Assembly (NCBI GenBank): GCA_002633005.1
Contig: NMRA01000030.1
Location: 779,491-843,490 of the forward strand
Direction of reading: 5' to 3'
From: Phoronis australis
Taxonomy: Eukaryota > Animalia > Phoronida
Length of the DNA: 64,000 nt
Part shown: positions 1-12,678 of the stretch, one piece after another
How positions within the stretch are numbered: the stretch's first letter is position 1
Layout of the letters: every line of letters begins with the position of its first letter
Translations under genes and position numbers: made by a program
The notes under the pieces: model-generated
What the model was told of the DNA's origin: nothing
The model's database searches: none
What the model saw: only the letters and a program-made list of their open reading frames with translations

Positions 1-3000
1 CGACGCCAGTATTTTCGTACGGTGGAATCCTGGGATGTTGAATTCTTGCAGTTGGCACTTGTTGACACCGGCAGAACACAGCCACTGGGCCAACCGAGGG
101 GCTACGTGTTGCCTACCACTGACACAGCTACCACCACTGGACCAGGCACTACCACCACTGCACCAGACGTCCTCCAAGTCATTTGGATGAGTGGTTGCCA
201 CCTATGGCAGTGCCAGTGGGAACAGTGAACCCATTTTACTTATTTTACCTTTTCATCTTATTTTGTCCTTCGATATTATAATATTTTACTCTTTTTTTAC
301 AAAAGGTTTCATGCCCGTAGCCCGCATCGCCGTCACCTCCACCCCCACCCCCCATGCTCCCGATGCCATAATATATGTACCGAATCTCCCACGTCTGCCC
401 TCAGTGCGGGGCAATCCCAATGATTCAGCTATTTTGTGTTTAAACAAAAGTATCAAAACATCTCAGAAGTCAGTTAATTGCGAACTCATCCCTGAGTTTT
501 CCAGATTAGAGCTACACCAAACATGTCACAGCAAACAAAACTACACGTGCCATTAGTTCAAGTTCAATCTTTATTAGAACTCAAATCATAAAAAAAAACA
601 AAAGTGCAAATATGGTGATAGCCAAACTGACGATTTGGAACCTGAATTTTGAACAGTTTTGGTTGTAGTAACTACATAACTATTCTAGCTTTTCCTCAGT
701 AATAAAATTGAAATCACAGCTCTTGTCCACCGACCAACCTCATCCACTGTTTGCACTCTCTCGTTGACTACAAAGCTAGCCATCTTAGTTGTCTTCACTA
801 GTATTCCATTACAACTACAAGCTATCGAAATTGGCGCATTTCCGTGAATATCACTTTTCCGGTTAGTGTACTACTCCTGGAGTAAAGTAGTGCGGCATGC
901 ACTGGGCCATAAGCAATGTTTTAAAAGTTATTGTCATCTAATTTAGTCACTGTGTTTTGTTTACAGATGTTTTAATGTAGCTTAGTTGTATAAAAGAATA
1001 ATCCATGTGATGTTGTTAACTGTGATCAGCATTTGTAAGTCACCGAGTATATCAATATGCAGTCATTTATCTTCAATTGTACCTAATGTTTGTAGTTTTT
1101 AGCTTTATGGATTTTTTTAAAAATTGAAAACCAAACTTGGTTGTTTTTCCATATGAATACAGCTGTAGTATTTGTTTTTTAACAAAAAGTGTTAGTTAAT
1201 GCATTTTAAAAATTCACCAGTATGTACAAGCAGAGATGTTTACTACAGCTTATAGTCAGGTAATTACACTTACTGGTAATTGTGTCTTGCTTGCACCAGA
1301 CAATGCGGTCATTGCAACTGAGTCTGGCTCCGTGCTCTCTTTGATCCCAGTAAAAGCAGCTCTGACGGTTGAGTGGTGAAAAGTCACGCATATCTTTAGA
1401 AATGCGTGAATTTCGTGTAATTGTATTATTCACGACATGAGATTTTTGAGTACCCCTTTCAACATGTACATGGTCATTACAAATAGTAGGTTAGACAGCA
1501 GTGTTTTTCAAATGCGGGAATTCATTACAAACAACTCATAGTAACCATTTTCAAAAGAGGTACTATTCTTGTTACACTATGGGAAACAATAACATTATTT
1601 TTTAACTGACCACCGGAAATAGTCCTTTTGTATAATTCACAAATAGTGGGCTTCACGTTCTTCAAAATTCCACCCTTTCGATGGTGATCAATTGTATTGT
1701 ATTTTTTCACATTTTTTGGTTGTTTGGGTCGAATGTCTTGATACTGCTGTACTGTGCAGGAATGTTTTGTTTTGTGATGAATTTGGAATCTCAACTTCCC
1801 TCGTGAACTTTTGGCAGTGTCAGATTTACAAATGTAGAGGGAGAAAGTGACATTTCCCCCGAACTGCTCCACCGAGAGAGGGTCCCGTCTGAAATGGCAC
1901 ACCTTAAGATGAAAGGCTAAACATCATTAAGCTTGGAAATGAGTTCATTCCACCGTCTTGTGGTCACAAGACGGTGCAGGAAGTGAACTTCTTCAACATG
2001 AAAGACGGTTGCACGATTTCATAAAAAACAGGAAAATAGAGGTAATCGATTCCAACATTGGGCCCTTTTTCTGTGAGCAGCCCCTTAAGACTTTGTCAAT
2101 GAAAACACAAAAAAGGTGGCCACTTGAGGGTCATCAATGGTCTCCTTCAAGTGCGGGGCCCCTAAATATGAAAATATCTATATTTGCAAAAATCATTGCG
2201 CAGCAATTGATGTTATCTGTCAGGTCATCAATTTTTCTCAAATGATATACAATTTCAAGATAAAGCATAAAGTGAAAGTTGTCTCCGTTATCCCTTGCCA
2301 GAGAGGGGCCTCTGGAAAAATTTAGGTTTGCAAAATTGACTTATGGAATTTAAAAGTCCACTGAGTAAATTAGTACTCTCTGCAAAAGCTTCTTTTTATA
2401 AATTCTCTCAACTTTTCCAAATATGTGTATGAATGATTACGTGCACATTTTCAAGTGCCTTTAGACGACCTGTGCTGCAAAAGCAGAGACCCTAACAACA
2501 ATGTCCTGGCCAGGGTCCTCAAAAGGTAAACCAATGCACTGATACAGAGTAGTTAAATGTTCTCTTGAATTTTCCCTCTTATCCGTATTTCGCAGTTTTT
2601 CTTTTCTCCACTGTCCCCGGCCCCAAGCCTATGTCGGTTGCCACGGTTTAACCCTGACACCTGAAAATTTTTGAGGGGCACAAGCCCCCCTTGCCCCCCC
2701 TTCCCACTTTCTACAGCCTTGGGTTACTTGAGCCCTGAGGTATTAAAATATTTGTTACTGGCCGAATATAGTGAACCCTGGTTTAGAGAATCTCTTTCAT
2801 TCATTGAGTAATGGGCCTGTTATGGTGGGATTCATTGATTGCCAGGTTCTCTAAATCGAGGTCCACTATACATTTCCATGGACTTTGCTTAGTTTCACTT
2901 TCAGGTTATGGTCATGGTGTGCATTTCGTAATATGTATTTCGACGTTCTGTCATATACAATTAATTGGCTGTATAAGACTGTTAGCGATTTTCATTGCAA

Positions 3001-5725
3001 CTTGACATCACCTGTGGATGCCAAAGGTGTCCAAAGGCAATGTAATGGCTTGGGCTTTGAATACTGTCACCCACGCTGGATACAGTTTTCTGGGCGTTAA
3101 CCCAATTCACCATTTGTACTAGTGCTGACAATTTTTTGTTTAAAATAAGCAGTCTTGGTGGGTTTAATGCCCAACCCATGGTTTTATAGTCCCCCAATTT
3201 AAGCATTGAAGCAACCTGTACAGCAATACATTTTTGTTTCAAAGCCATGATTTTTCAAAACGTAACCTCCGCAAACATCAGAGTTTCCTATACTACTTGA
3301 AATTTTATCATTCTGAGAAGGCTTTGGCAGGTGTGGTACAGCAAGCAACATTGCATTGCAATGCAGGCTGTTTGGATCAGAGACTAGAGTGGTGTTCAAT
3401 GTAATGGGGAAGGCTTTTAAATACTTGTTTATTCAACAAAAATCATAAAGGTGTCGATAATGAGTACATTGTCGTGGGTAAACTGATGCAGAATTTCAGA
3501 GTTGTCCAATTTCATCCATCTATGCCAAATGCAAATCTCTTCCTGTAAGCAAGGTTCAACAAATCAGGAATGGATATTTTAACCTTTCTCTTGCTAGATC
3601 TTATTAATAAAGTCTCATATTTCAGGTAGTTTGCACCAAATTCACAATGTAAAGTTTTCCAAAAAGTCCCTTATCCCACCCTGACCATGATGTGATTACA
3701 TGTAACAGTAGTTCATCCACCAACCTGGGGCTATCTTATAAACCAGTAGTTATCGTTGGGAGCTGCCAATTCATTCGGACTTACCTATGTTTATTTGGGC
3801 ACTGTCTCTAGTTATGTGCAATTCTGTCTCCACGTAGTGCTTTCATTATTTTGTCAGTAGTTGATTTTCAGAACCATTGGACTCGTGGCCTGGTGTTGTA
3901 GTTGGGGGCGAAATCGAATGAAAAAGTTAAGTGGTGTGGTAGTCTACCAAATCAAAAACACCAGTCGCTATGACCTCAAAGCCATGTACCAATGTACAAT
4001 AAATGATAAACCAACAGAAATGAATTGAGGAATCAATAAAGGAGCACTCATAAAATCATAAACTCTGAAATTATTCGAGAACAGTTAGTTAAAGCAAGTA
4101 ACCGATGACACAGTTCAGATAAGCATTGTGAAGATCTATCTGCACGCAAAATTTCAGAAGGTTACCTCAAAGTATCGCGAAGCTAGAGCGTTACAAGCAG
4201 TTTATCGAAAAATGGCTGTCATAGCGCCATCTTGCGTCTGATTTCGACCAAACAAAATGTGCCTCAAGCTTTTCATGAGATAGACAATGTGCATAAATTG
4301 CACATTGACATGTCAAGCAAACAACAAAAGCCACCTGTAGCACGCGTATTACAGACCAAGGAAAGTGTATCAAGGAATTAGTCAGTAAAAGAACAGACAT
4401 CTGATTAGTGAATATCAAAAGTCAGAGAGAAAAACAGGTGGCATAATGTTGGATACACGGTAGCACTTGCCAAGATCTATCCAAATTTCTGAAAGATCTG
4501 CCCAGGGATGCCGTAGATATGGCATGAAAAGTCAATAAATTAATGACAAGTCACCGGAAAACTTCAATAGCTCGAGAATGGTAAGTTGTTAAAAAATGAA
4601 TGGCCATAGTAAAGATAGTGCTTGATGACATCTATTCGTGTATTCACTTAAGTGATCACCCAGTCTTATAAAGAAGTTTAAATAAATATCTACCGTACAT
4701 ACAAATGGATGGCATAGTGCAGATAGTGCTTGATGAGATCTGTCTGTGTATACTGAAAAATCTGTCAAGGAATGGTGGAAAAAACGTTTTTGCAAAGCTA
4801 AAATAAAAAATGGCCACCACAAAGCGACCTTTCATTTGTTTTTTACCATAAACAATAAGCACAATTTGTGTACGAATTTCATGTGGATGGAACCTTGTAG
4901 CATTTAGATACACTGTATGTTGTTTCAACTCATTGTATCCAGGTCTGTTGTTTGACACCCATTGTATTTCAGTGCAGAATTACACCATAAGAGTATATTT
5001 TTTCATGATTGTGGAAATGTTTAGTTTGCCTCTTTTGTTATTAAACATATTCTCTGATTTTTAGTCATGTTATTCTTCTTTTGTCTGGTTCACATATATT
5101 TATTAATCACAGACTTAATGCACTTCAAAAACAACAGTAATATGTTGCTGATAATGCATTTCATGGTGTTGCGTGCATAGAATTTTGAAAGCTACAAATT
5201 AATGGTGACTATAGATTATTTATGTAATTTGAAGATCAATTTTTGTTGATTCGTACCAGTTCATTCAGCATCCTGTGCTTTTGGTGATTTTGTTAATCAT
5301 ATCTGCACAAAAATGACTAACTTTGGATTGCAGACATGACAACTTGTCCTCGGTTTTGTAGGACCCTAAAAATGCTCAAATTTCACAGACTTTGGAACAA
5401 CACATCTCAGAAGAGGCTGACAAGATTTGTATGAAACTTTAAGATCTCATGCTTATGAACTGTTGTCCAAACGAATGTTAGGAATGTTTCACTTTTGTAT
5501 CTACTTATTGGGCATTTTGTTCCTAAAAAGATTGTGTTAGATGAAACAAATTAAATAGTGGACAGATTTTATTTAAATTTAATGAAGGATACCAACGCGT
5601 TAATAAATTGCACTCTCATGAAGACCGTCATTCACTAACCAAAAATAAAGTTGATTTTGGAACTTGGGCCTAATCCCGATCGAGCTGATACAGTCTCCAA
5701 ATTTCCTCATCTCCAGCTTGGTTAA

Positions 5726-6906
5726 TTTATCCACCCACATGTGTAGTGGTCGCTCATTGTTATCACTCTGTCCGGGTGTCTGTTTGATAACTCAAAAACT
5801 CCTGGTCAGATTTTGATGTAATTTGGCACAAGGGTGTAGGGCATCAGCAGTACGGTTCGTGCCACTTTTCAATGTGCCCCGCCCCCCTGGGTCAAGGGGT
5901 GTGGCTTTTTGAATATTTTTTTAGAGAACGAAGACTGTTTCTTCATGATATCAAGAGAATTGATCGACGGATTTCACAGAGGTACGTGACATCAATGCGC
6001 CGGCACCATTATATTTTCAGGCAGATTTGACCATAGCGTCATCTCCTAGTGGCCATTTTATTCTCAACAAGGGGTTTTTTAAGTGTTGTTCAGGGGAAGA
6101 ATGTTTCTAGATGATATCTAGAGCATTGACTAACAGATTTTAATGAAACTTGACACACAGGTAAATGATGTATATGTGCTAAAACCATTTGATTCTTGGG
6201 CGGATTTGACCATTGCAGCATCTCCTAGTGACCATTTTGAAGAAGACCATTTTCGGATTATATCTAGAGATCTGATTAAAACTTGACACAGAGCTATGTG
6301 ATGTCAATGCCCGTCACCGTTAAATTTGCATAAAGATTCGCAATTGCTGCACCTCCTAGTGGCCATATTGTTCTCGACAAAGGGGTTTTGAAGTGTTGCG
6401 CTAGGGTAGAGCATGTCTGGATGATATCTAAAGAACCGGCAAAAAGATTTCACTGAAACTTGAAACAGTAGTATACGATGTCAATGCGCCAACACCAATA
6501 AATTTGCAGGCAGATTTGACCACAGCAGCACCTCTTGTGTCCATGTTGTTTTGGACAAGGGATATTTCAAGTTTTTTGAGGGAATAGCATTTCAGGATGG
6601 TATCTAAGTAACAATTTGACGGATTTCAATGAAACTTCACACGGAAGTATGTGACGACTGCGGTGCCGCCTAGCGGCCATTATCAATGATATGTAGAAAC
6701 CTGAGTGATGGATTTTAATGAAAGTTGACACTGAACTTCAGTGAAGTATGAGATGTCAATGCTCCGGCACCATTAAATTTTATTCCTTCCCAGAATCCCC
6801 CAGTGCTCCAATGAAATACGGACACGTGCAGATGAGTCATTACACGGACATTCTTCATGGGGAGAGGACATGTTTCTTCTCCCGCGAGTCTTTGTGCTAA
6901 TTCTTG
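5726..6906 (+). mobile_element. Degenerate HINE/DINE-1-like (non-autonomous Helentron) element with internal ~130-180 bp tandem units
   Basis: Starts TTTATCCACCCACATGTGTAGTGG, followed by a CTGTCCG-like tract. Repeated units contain GAAACTTGACACA...GATGTCAATGC...GATTTGACCA...CTCCTAGTGGCCATTTT. Architecture resembles the better-preserved element at 29139-31131. Ends are approximate. Confidence 0.55.
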
Positions 6907-6912
6907 CGCTTA

Positions 6913-9271
6913 CCGTAAACGTTTGGGTTAACGCCCATATTCACTTAACTGCCCATCCCCTACTTTAGGTGGATTTTCGATTTAACCACCCACTGCTCGG
7001 TTAACCACACTCTGCAATTTTTGAAGGTTTCCAGTTAAGCGCTCACCTCTCGGTTAAGCGCCCGTCCCTGACTTTTGAAGATTGATGATTACGCACTCAG
7101 TGTGCTAAGGAAACGCGAGATCACCCATTTTTAGATAAAAATTGATGATAATAAAGAATGCAACGACAGCGTTGGAGAGGGTGGTTTGGCAATGTGAATT
7201 ATAATACAAGTAACAGATTATTGTCTCGGGTCATGGATTTGCTTCAAAATGTATTACCTTGAACGCTTTGTCAATTGATTTTCTTCCCATGTTTGCAAAA
7301 CTAAGAACCCCGCCATTACCTACGATTTCAGCATTGCCGACTACCATGCTAAGTTTCCGTCTGCAGTGCTCTAGATAAAACATATATTCGAAAAAATAAA
7401 TCCAGAGAAACGTGACAGTGGTCTTGCCAACACTCCTAATTCGCTTTAGGTGGGAAGCTCTCGGAGTTTGAAGAATTACCTTAACTTTGTGATAAATTGT
7501 TTCCACCTACCTTTTTAGCCCTCCCGAGAAATTTTTGTTTCTTCATTGACTAGTTTCAGCCGGAACAAAATACTTCCCACTCGACTCTGAAATATCTGCG
7601 ACATAGGCTGACTGAAAATTGGCAGCACTGGGGAGGGGGTGAACCATCGGTCCTAGGGAACATCAAGCCGTGAATTATCAGAACTGAGAATTCACGTCGC
7701 AGTTTCGGGAACGTTGTTTTTTTTAAAACAGCAGGAGGCCCACTACACTCTTACACTTTGTACTGTCACTATTCTCTTTTGATTTGCGACTTTGGTGCGG
7801 TGCGCGCGCGTGAGTTCCCACTCTCTTGTGTGCAAGTTACCTTGACTGCATATGTGAGTGACAGGTGACTCATATCTGTGTGCTCAATCCTGGAAAGGTC
7901 TTGAGAATTTGTTTGCTGCTGTCTTGCCATAAAAAACGAGACGCGTATAGAAACAGGCCGTTAGTATTACTTGCCGCCATTTCCAAGTCGCGGTCATTTG
8001 CGGGGACATTGCGCACAATCAATGGGACCGAACAGTGTCGCAGTACGATATTTGTAGGTCATATTATAATAGGATAATCTGGAAATATTGCTTGTAAAAT
8101 AAAAATGTGTTTTCCCACCACAAAATTTGGTAAGTTGATCGTTTAATACTGAATAGAAACATCAGAGTTTTGTGACGTTTTATCACATATGTATGGCGTG
8201 GTCCATACATTGGAAATTCCAGGTCGCATGTTACGACTATATACAAGATGACAAAAATCTCGGCTTGCATTTTCAAAATTCAGGTCGCCAATGCCACTTG
8301 CTGCTTGTTATGCCTAACGCCGAGTCCCGTTTGCAACAACACTGTCTCGTTAAGGCCGCTTTGCTCGTTGGAACTCATGACTAATTTAGTCATGTAACAA
8401 ACCACTGGTGCCGGTTACCCAAATAATGGGGGCTTCGTCTTCGAATTACCGACGCAGATATGAATATGAACTATTTCTTTCTCAGGCTCATCCCATTCGT
8501 AGTGTTAGTATAATTTTTAACATTAAAATCTTAAGTAATTGTTTTTGAGTAATGCCTTTGCGGTAACTTTTGATTGACAACTGGCTTGTATACCTCCGCC
8601 GGGCAGTCGAAATAAAACAGCTGCAGAACCTTACGTTGAAAATGTCATTGAATCACGGAGTCTCGAAACATCCCAAACACAAAAAACACCTGAATTAGTT
8701 TTTCAAACTTTAATTACAAATAATTTAAAACTGCACTCTATCTCAGAACTTGACTGCTAGCATATGAATCTGCTGTGACCTATGCAGCGCATGAAATTTG
8801 CACGTGCGCACTTTGCACTGTCACCAGGTGAGGATAGTTGCAATCCAAGTGGAGCGCTGCACAGTCACTGGTCGTCTGCGCTCTACAGGTACAGCTCTAA
8901 CAAGACTGCAGGATGGCACAGGCTATTACTCAGCAATTTTGTAAATTTAACTGAAATGATTAAGCTGAGGGCAACAGAACCTTTGTTGGGATCATCCGCT
9001 GTTATGAAATTTTTACTGTCATTTGGCGACGTGTCGATAAAGCTCTGAAAAGTATTTCGCGTTTCAACTACGTGTGGAGACTGGGATCATGAGGTAAGAT
9101 TAACCGCACACCCCGGTTGCCTGTCGTACTAAGCGCCCATGTTCGGTTAACCGCCCACCCTGGATTTCTTATAATTTCACGTTTAAGCACTCATGTCTGG
9201 TTAATCGACCACCCCCAATTTTTTGGGTTTGCCAATTTAACCGCCCAGGGCGTTAACCCGAATGTTTACGG
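6913..9271 (+). mobile_element. Non-autonomous pogo/Tc1-mariner-type element, family A, copy 1 (~2.36 kb)
   Basis: TA|CCGTAAACGTTTGGGTTAACGCCC ... GGGCGTTAACCCGAATGTTTACGG|TA, i.e. ~24-bp TIRs with a TA duplication. Subterminal TTAA(C/G)CGCCC motif arrays. Homologous to 15828-18275 and 27619-33023. No transposase ORF. Confidence 0.88.
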
Positions 9272-9736
9272 TATATTCACTATTTTGCATAACCCTTTGC
9301 TAATGAATGTTGCTTTCTTTCCTGGAAATACATGGATTATGTTATATCATGAGTTTTAAGGACTAAAATAGATCAGAAAAAACAAAATTATGTTCAGAAA
9401 TTGGAAGATTGGATTTTGGTTCTAAAAACTGAATTTTTAGTCCAAAATGGATATAAAACAGGTTTAGAGTCTTATATGTCTGAATATCTTTTGGAAGAAT
9501 GTTTAGGTCTGTAAAGACTAGAGTTTGAAATAAAATTTCACGATAGAATCAGCTGATTCTTTGCGAACTGTAACTGCAGTTACTAATGCAGGATGGTTGA
9601 TTAAATAGCAACTAGAATTTTTATTAAAATTGTGAAGAGGCCATTTTATGCTTTTGTAGTAGTCCGTGAAAATTACCATGTAATGCTATTTTTTATTAAT
9701 TTGTTAAGAAAGCGTTATTTTGATGTGCCAGAATGG

Positions 9737-10334
9737 CACATGTACAAAATGACACATCCAACCACATGTACAAAATGCCACACATGCAGGCAAATGTACA
9801 AAATGATACATCCAGACTCATATACAAAATGACACATCCACACACACGTACAAAATGACACATCCAGCCACATGTACAAAATGACGCATCCAGGCACATG
9901 TACAAAATGACGCATCCAGGCACATGTACAAAATGACACATCCAACCAAATGTACAAAATGACTCATCCAGACACATGTACAAAATGACACATCCAGACA
10001 CATGTACAAAATGACACATCCAGACTCGTATACAAAATGACGCATCCAGACTCATATACAAAATGACACATCCACACACATGTACAAAATGACACATCCA
10101 GGCACATGTACAAAATGATGCATCCAGGCACATGTACAAAATGACACATCCAGACTCATATACAAAATGACACATCCACACACATGTACAAAATGACACA
10201 TCCAGCCACATGTACAAAATGACGCATCCAGGCACATGTACAAAATGATACATCCAGACTCATATACAAAATGACACATCCAGACACATGTACAAAATGA
10301 CACATCTTGGCACATGTACAAAATGACATATCCA
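9737..10334. repeat. 26-bp minisatellite (CACATGTACAAAATGACACATCCAGA), ~23 copies
   Basis: Head-to-tail repeats seen directly; they explain the overlapping repetitive ORFs at 9696-10422. Confidence 0.97.
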
Positions 10335-10376
10335 CAATAGTCCTTTTCGCAATGGTACTCCTTATGCTTTTGATAT

Positions 10377-10570
10377 TGGAACTATTCATAGGCATGAGTG
10401 TTCGTGAACTATTCATAGGCATGAGTATTCAGGGATTATTCATTAGTCATGAGTGTTCAGGAACTATTCATAGGCACGAGTGTTCAGGAACTATTCATAG
10501 GCACGAGTGTTCAGGAACTATTCATAGGCATGAGTGTTTGAGGAACTATTCATAGGCATGTGCGTTCAGG
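10377..10570. repeat. 27-bp minisatellite (GGAACTATTCATAGGCATGAGTGTTCA), ~7 copies
   Basis: Head-to-tail repeats seen directly. Confidence 0.95.
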
Positions 10571-12553
10571 TATAAATATGTCATTTTGTTTCACTCCGGT
10601 GATGATAGAAATTAGGAGATGTTGACTTAATGTCAAAAAAACAGTGTGGGAATGCTCTTGAGTAGGAAGTTAAAAATGCATAACTTTATTTTGTCACATC
10701 TGCAAAACAGTTACAATTAATTGTATCACTTTAAAGTAATTAACATAAATGAATCAGCCTTTTTATTTTCTCAGGTCTCAAAGCATCAGTTGACCTACTC
10801 AAATTGTCATGTCTGTAGCAAAATGAAACGGTGGTTGCACTGGTTCACCTTTTAACTAATGTGGTCCCGTTCTATGATGTTTTGAAAAATTAACTCAAAA
10901 TTGAAAAAATCTTAAGTTTCAGTTTTGTCTACAGAGCAAACCCCACACATTTGATGACAAAATATACAATCATGGTATAATGACAGATGGAGCCCTAGAC
11001 ATTCCCATTGACTTAACTTCCTGTTATTGTGGGCAAAACTGCCAATAGTTTGAGAACCTCTCTCATCTTGCCAACTTTCTAATGACATACTTGCTGCCCC
11101 CTGGTGAGTGTTTAAGGGATTTAATTACTGAGCAGTTGGATTAAGTATCTTGAGCCAGACTGCAGCTGTGTATGAGATGTCACTGACTTACCAATGACTG
11201 GTATTACTGTTAACCTTGTCCCTTGATGTACTAGTGCTACAGTGTACCACGCGGTGCTTCTGGGGTGACACTCAATAGTTTTGCTGATTTGAGCTTGTGA
11301 AACCAGGTCTTAGCAGCTGTCCCACAGGGTGTACAAATACAAAAATATGAATGATATACTGGGCCAAACACTTAAAAAATCTTGCACAAAGTGTAAAATT
11401 GAAACTGATTCCAAAGTCAGTTTTCCATCTTTTACGACTATCGTAACTGCATCCGGCTTCTTAAAAATGAACAAAAATACTCCAAATTATCACTTTTCAC
11501 CTCAAAGCTACCATTTGCATGTGATTACTACAAACTAAAGGACAGTCCATTCAGAGTGCCAAAATTACCCAGATAACAGAAATGAGCTCAAAAGTAGGTG
11601 TTAACCAACCAGACTTAATACAAGGTGTCTGATGGGTACCTAAATTTGCTGTTAAATTTGAACTTCCCAATTGCAAGTAGTGAAGATTAACTAGAAAAGT
11701 CATGACTGAGCAAAAAGTGTGCCAAAGTTTCAGTGGCTGGCAATCCTTCATTCAGAAGGGACTAAAAAATCAAGCAAGTTCCATTTGTAGCCTTCAAATA
11801 CTGCACAAAACTTTTAATCTCCAGCCAACCCACCAGGTGTAAATTTTTAATGAAATTGATAGGGGTAAATTCAACTGTGGCTCAACGATTGAGTTCCTGC
11901 TTGATTCAAATGTTATATTCAATACTAGTTGTGCCACAGTGAACATGGCAGATTTTTGCTGAGAAGTGGAAAGGATAATGTTCTGCATTAGTGGATACTG
12001 ATCCAATTTTCATGTTATGTACACTGTTCACCTTGACATAACAGAAAACGTCCGGTAATGAAGCAATGAATAGGATGGCTGTGAGCTCACCTACCATTCA
12101 CAGGGCATGACCATTAGTATAATGTTAGCTCAGTAAATGTGACCTGGCAACATTCCAAGGAATTGTGGTTGCCATAGCTAGGAAACCTCTTGTGGGGATT
12201 GCGAAAGTCCTGGCCTGTACAATGGCCACATGTTTAGCAAGAGCCGATAGTACAGTAATGAGAGACCTGAAGTGAAAACTAGTGAACACTGCAAATATTT
12301 GCTGTAATATGCAAAACAGTGTTTTGTCTTTTTAGTTGATTGGAAAATTGGGAGCACTGTCTGGTGTTATCAGTAAAGACCATTATCTCCCTCTCTCTGG
12401 CTCAATATTCCGCACAGGTTTACCTGCTGAGGCAGAACCAGATCTCTTTTCTAGCTGATAATTACCTTTCATAGACAGTCTCGGGTTTTTAGGATGTACT
12501 TTAATTGAGATGCATATTTTTACTCTGGTGGTTGAATTTAAATACCACACCTA

Positions 12554-12678
12554 AACTAAAGCCAGTCTGCTCTTGCAAACTTAAGCCAGTCTGCTCTTGC
12601 AAACTAAAGCCAGTCTGCTCTTGCAAACTAAAGCCAGTCTGCTCTTGCAAACTAAAGCCAGTCTGCTCTTGCAAACTT
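12554..12678. repeat. 24-bp minisatellite (AAACTAAAGCCAGTCTGCTCTTGC), ~5 copies
   Basis: Near-identical tandem units. Confidence 0.95.

Noticed and set aside
1200-5600. Several apparent decayed repeat fragments (Kolobok-like ends near 1460 and 1905, short duplication at 4615/4723)
   Set aside because: No matching paired termini or second copies in the window to define them.
9632-10555. Long Cys/His/Met-rich repetitive ORFs; CRISPR-like repeat length
   Set aside because: Pure head-to-tail 26/27-bp minisatellites with no unique spacers and no cas genes; the ORFs arise in several frames from stop-free units.
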